64,000 nucleotides of DNA, from positions 1,376,001 to 1,440,000 of the forward strand of contig OZ250169.1 of NCBI GenBank assembly GCA_965237955.1, written 5' to 3'. The translations under genes were made by a program, and so were the position numbers. This document shows positions 63,607-64,000 of the stretch, piece after piece (the stretch's first letter is position 1; each line of letters begins with the position of its first letter). The notes under the pieces are model-generated. The model saw nothing but the letters and a program-made list of their open reading frames with translations, did not search any database and was not told the DNA's origin. This DNA is from Candidatus Marinacidobacterales bacterium (GTDB lineage: Bacteria; Acidobacteriota; Vicinamibacteria; Marinacidobacterales; SMYC01).

Positions 63607-63794
63607 ATGATCATCGGTGCGCATTCGATCACCTATAGCAAGAATCCCGAAGCCGATCGGGCCTTTCTGCGCGACGTGCTCGAGCTCCCGAATGTCGACG
63701 TTGGAGATGGGTGGCTCATTTTGGATTGCCATCGGCGGAAGTAGCCGTGCATCCGTCCGAAAAGAACGATATGCACGAGTTCTATCTGATGTAG
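63607..63794 (+). pseudogene. VOC/glyoxalase family remnant
   Basis: MIIGAH...ADRAFLRDVL...DVGDGWLI(F)GLP..EVAVHP; frameshift at 63720 and early stop. Confidence 0.7.
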
Positions 63795-63810
63795 GGTATC
63801 AGCTGGGCCT

Positions 63811-64000
63811 ATGACGCACGCGAACAGGATCCTTGTTGTCTTGCTGGCAATCGGGCTCGGCTCGTGTATCTCCAAGAAGGTCGACGTCGTTCCGTTCCTC
63901 GCGCCCACGCAGACGGCGACGCTCGAAGAGCTCGTTGCCCATATCAATCAATGGAAGGAGATTCGAACCCTCGTCCTCCGCGTCGACCTTCAGTTCGAGA
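63811..64000 (+). CDS. Putative lipoprotein, runs off the window
   Basis: Signal peptide with LGSC lipobox; ATLEELV. Confidence 0.55.
   Translation, partial: MTHANRILVVLLAIGLGSCISKKVDVVPFLAPTQTATLEELVAHINQWKEIRTLVLRVDLQFE

Noticed and set aside
1-64000. Frequent CTCGAG/GAGCTC/TCGA as a HIP-like palindrome
   Set aside because: Largely explained by CTC-GAG (Leu-Glu) codon usage; would need a codon-aware enrichment test that I cannot run

Overview
GC-rich bacterial chromosomal window. The gene repertoire (DUF5916 porin-like protein, PD40 amidohydrolase, M14 peptidase, Npt1-HEAT) resembles Acidobacteriota/Vicinamibacteria, which is an inference. Housekeeping blocks (pyrK-pyrD-pyrF, pal, pdxR-pdxS-pdxT, 2-oxoacid:ferredoxin oxidoreductase, pyrE, hemB, HU) flank a ~13 kb island (34251-47149) bounded by two copies of the pdxT 3' part. 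Removing the insertions from the island by hand restores a three-gene operon: DUF4062-iSTAND (~459 aa), a MoxR AAA+ ATPase (331 aa) and a ~1157-aa membrane vWA protein ending in PASTA, Ig/PKD, carboxypeptidase-regulatory and Pal-like OmpA domains. This looks like an envelope-anchored MoxR-vWA-iSTAND ternary conflict system. Every gene in it has been hit: two IS630s, two copies of an IS630-derived MITE, a nonsense codon at the Walker B Glu and a G-run frameshift, plus an IS256 just upstream. Other signals are a second MITE family, a mosaic of unrelated gene ends, an Npt1/cNMP/exported-phosphatase operon, an MglA-GAF-pseudo-histidine-kinase fusion next to a repeat-rich pseudokinase and a PilB/GspE ATPase, a CIRCE-like box before two hypothetical genes, and inverted hepta/hexamer repeat cassettes. 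All family calls come from motif recognition by eye; no database searches were run.
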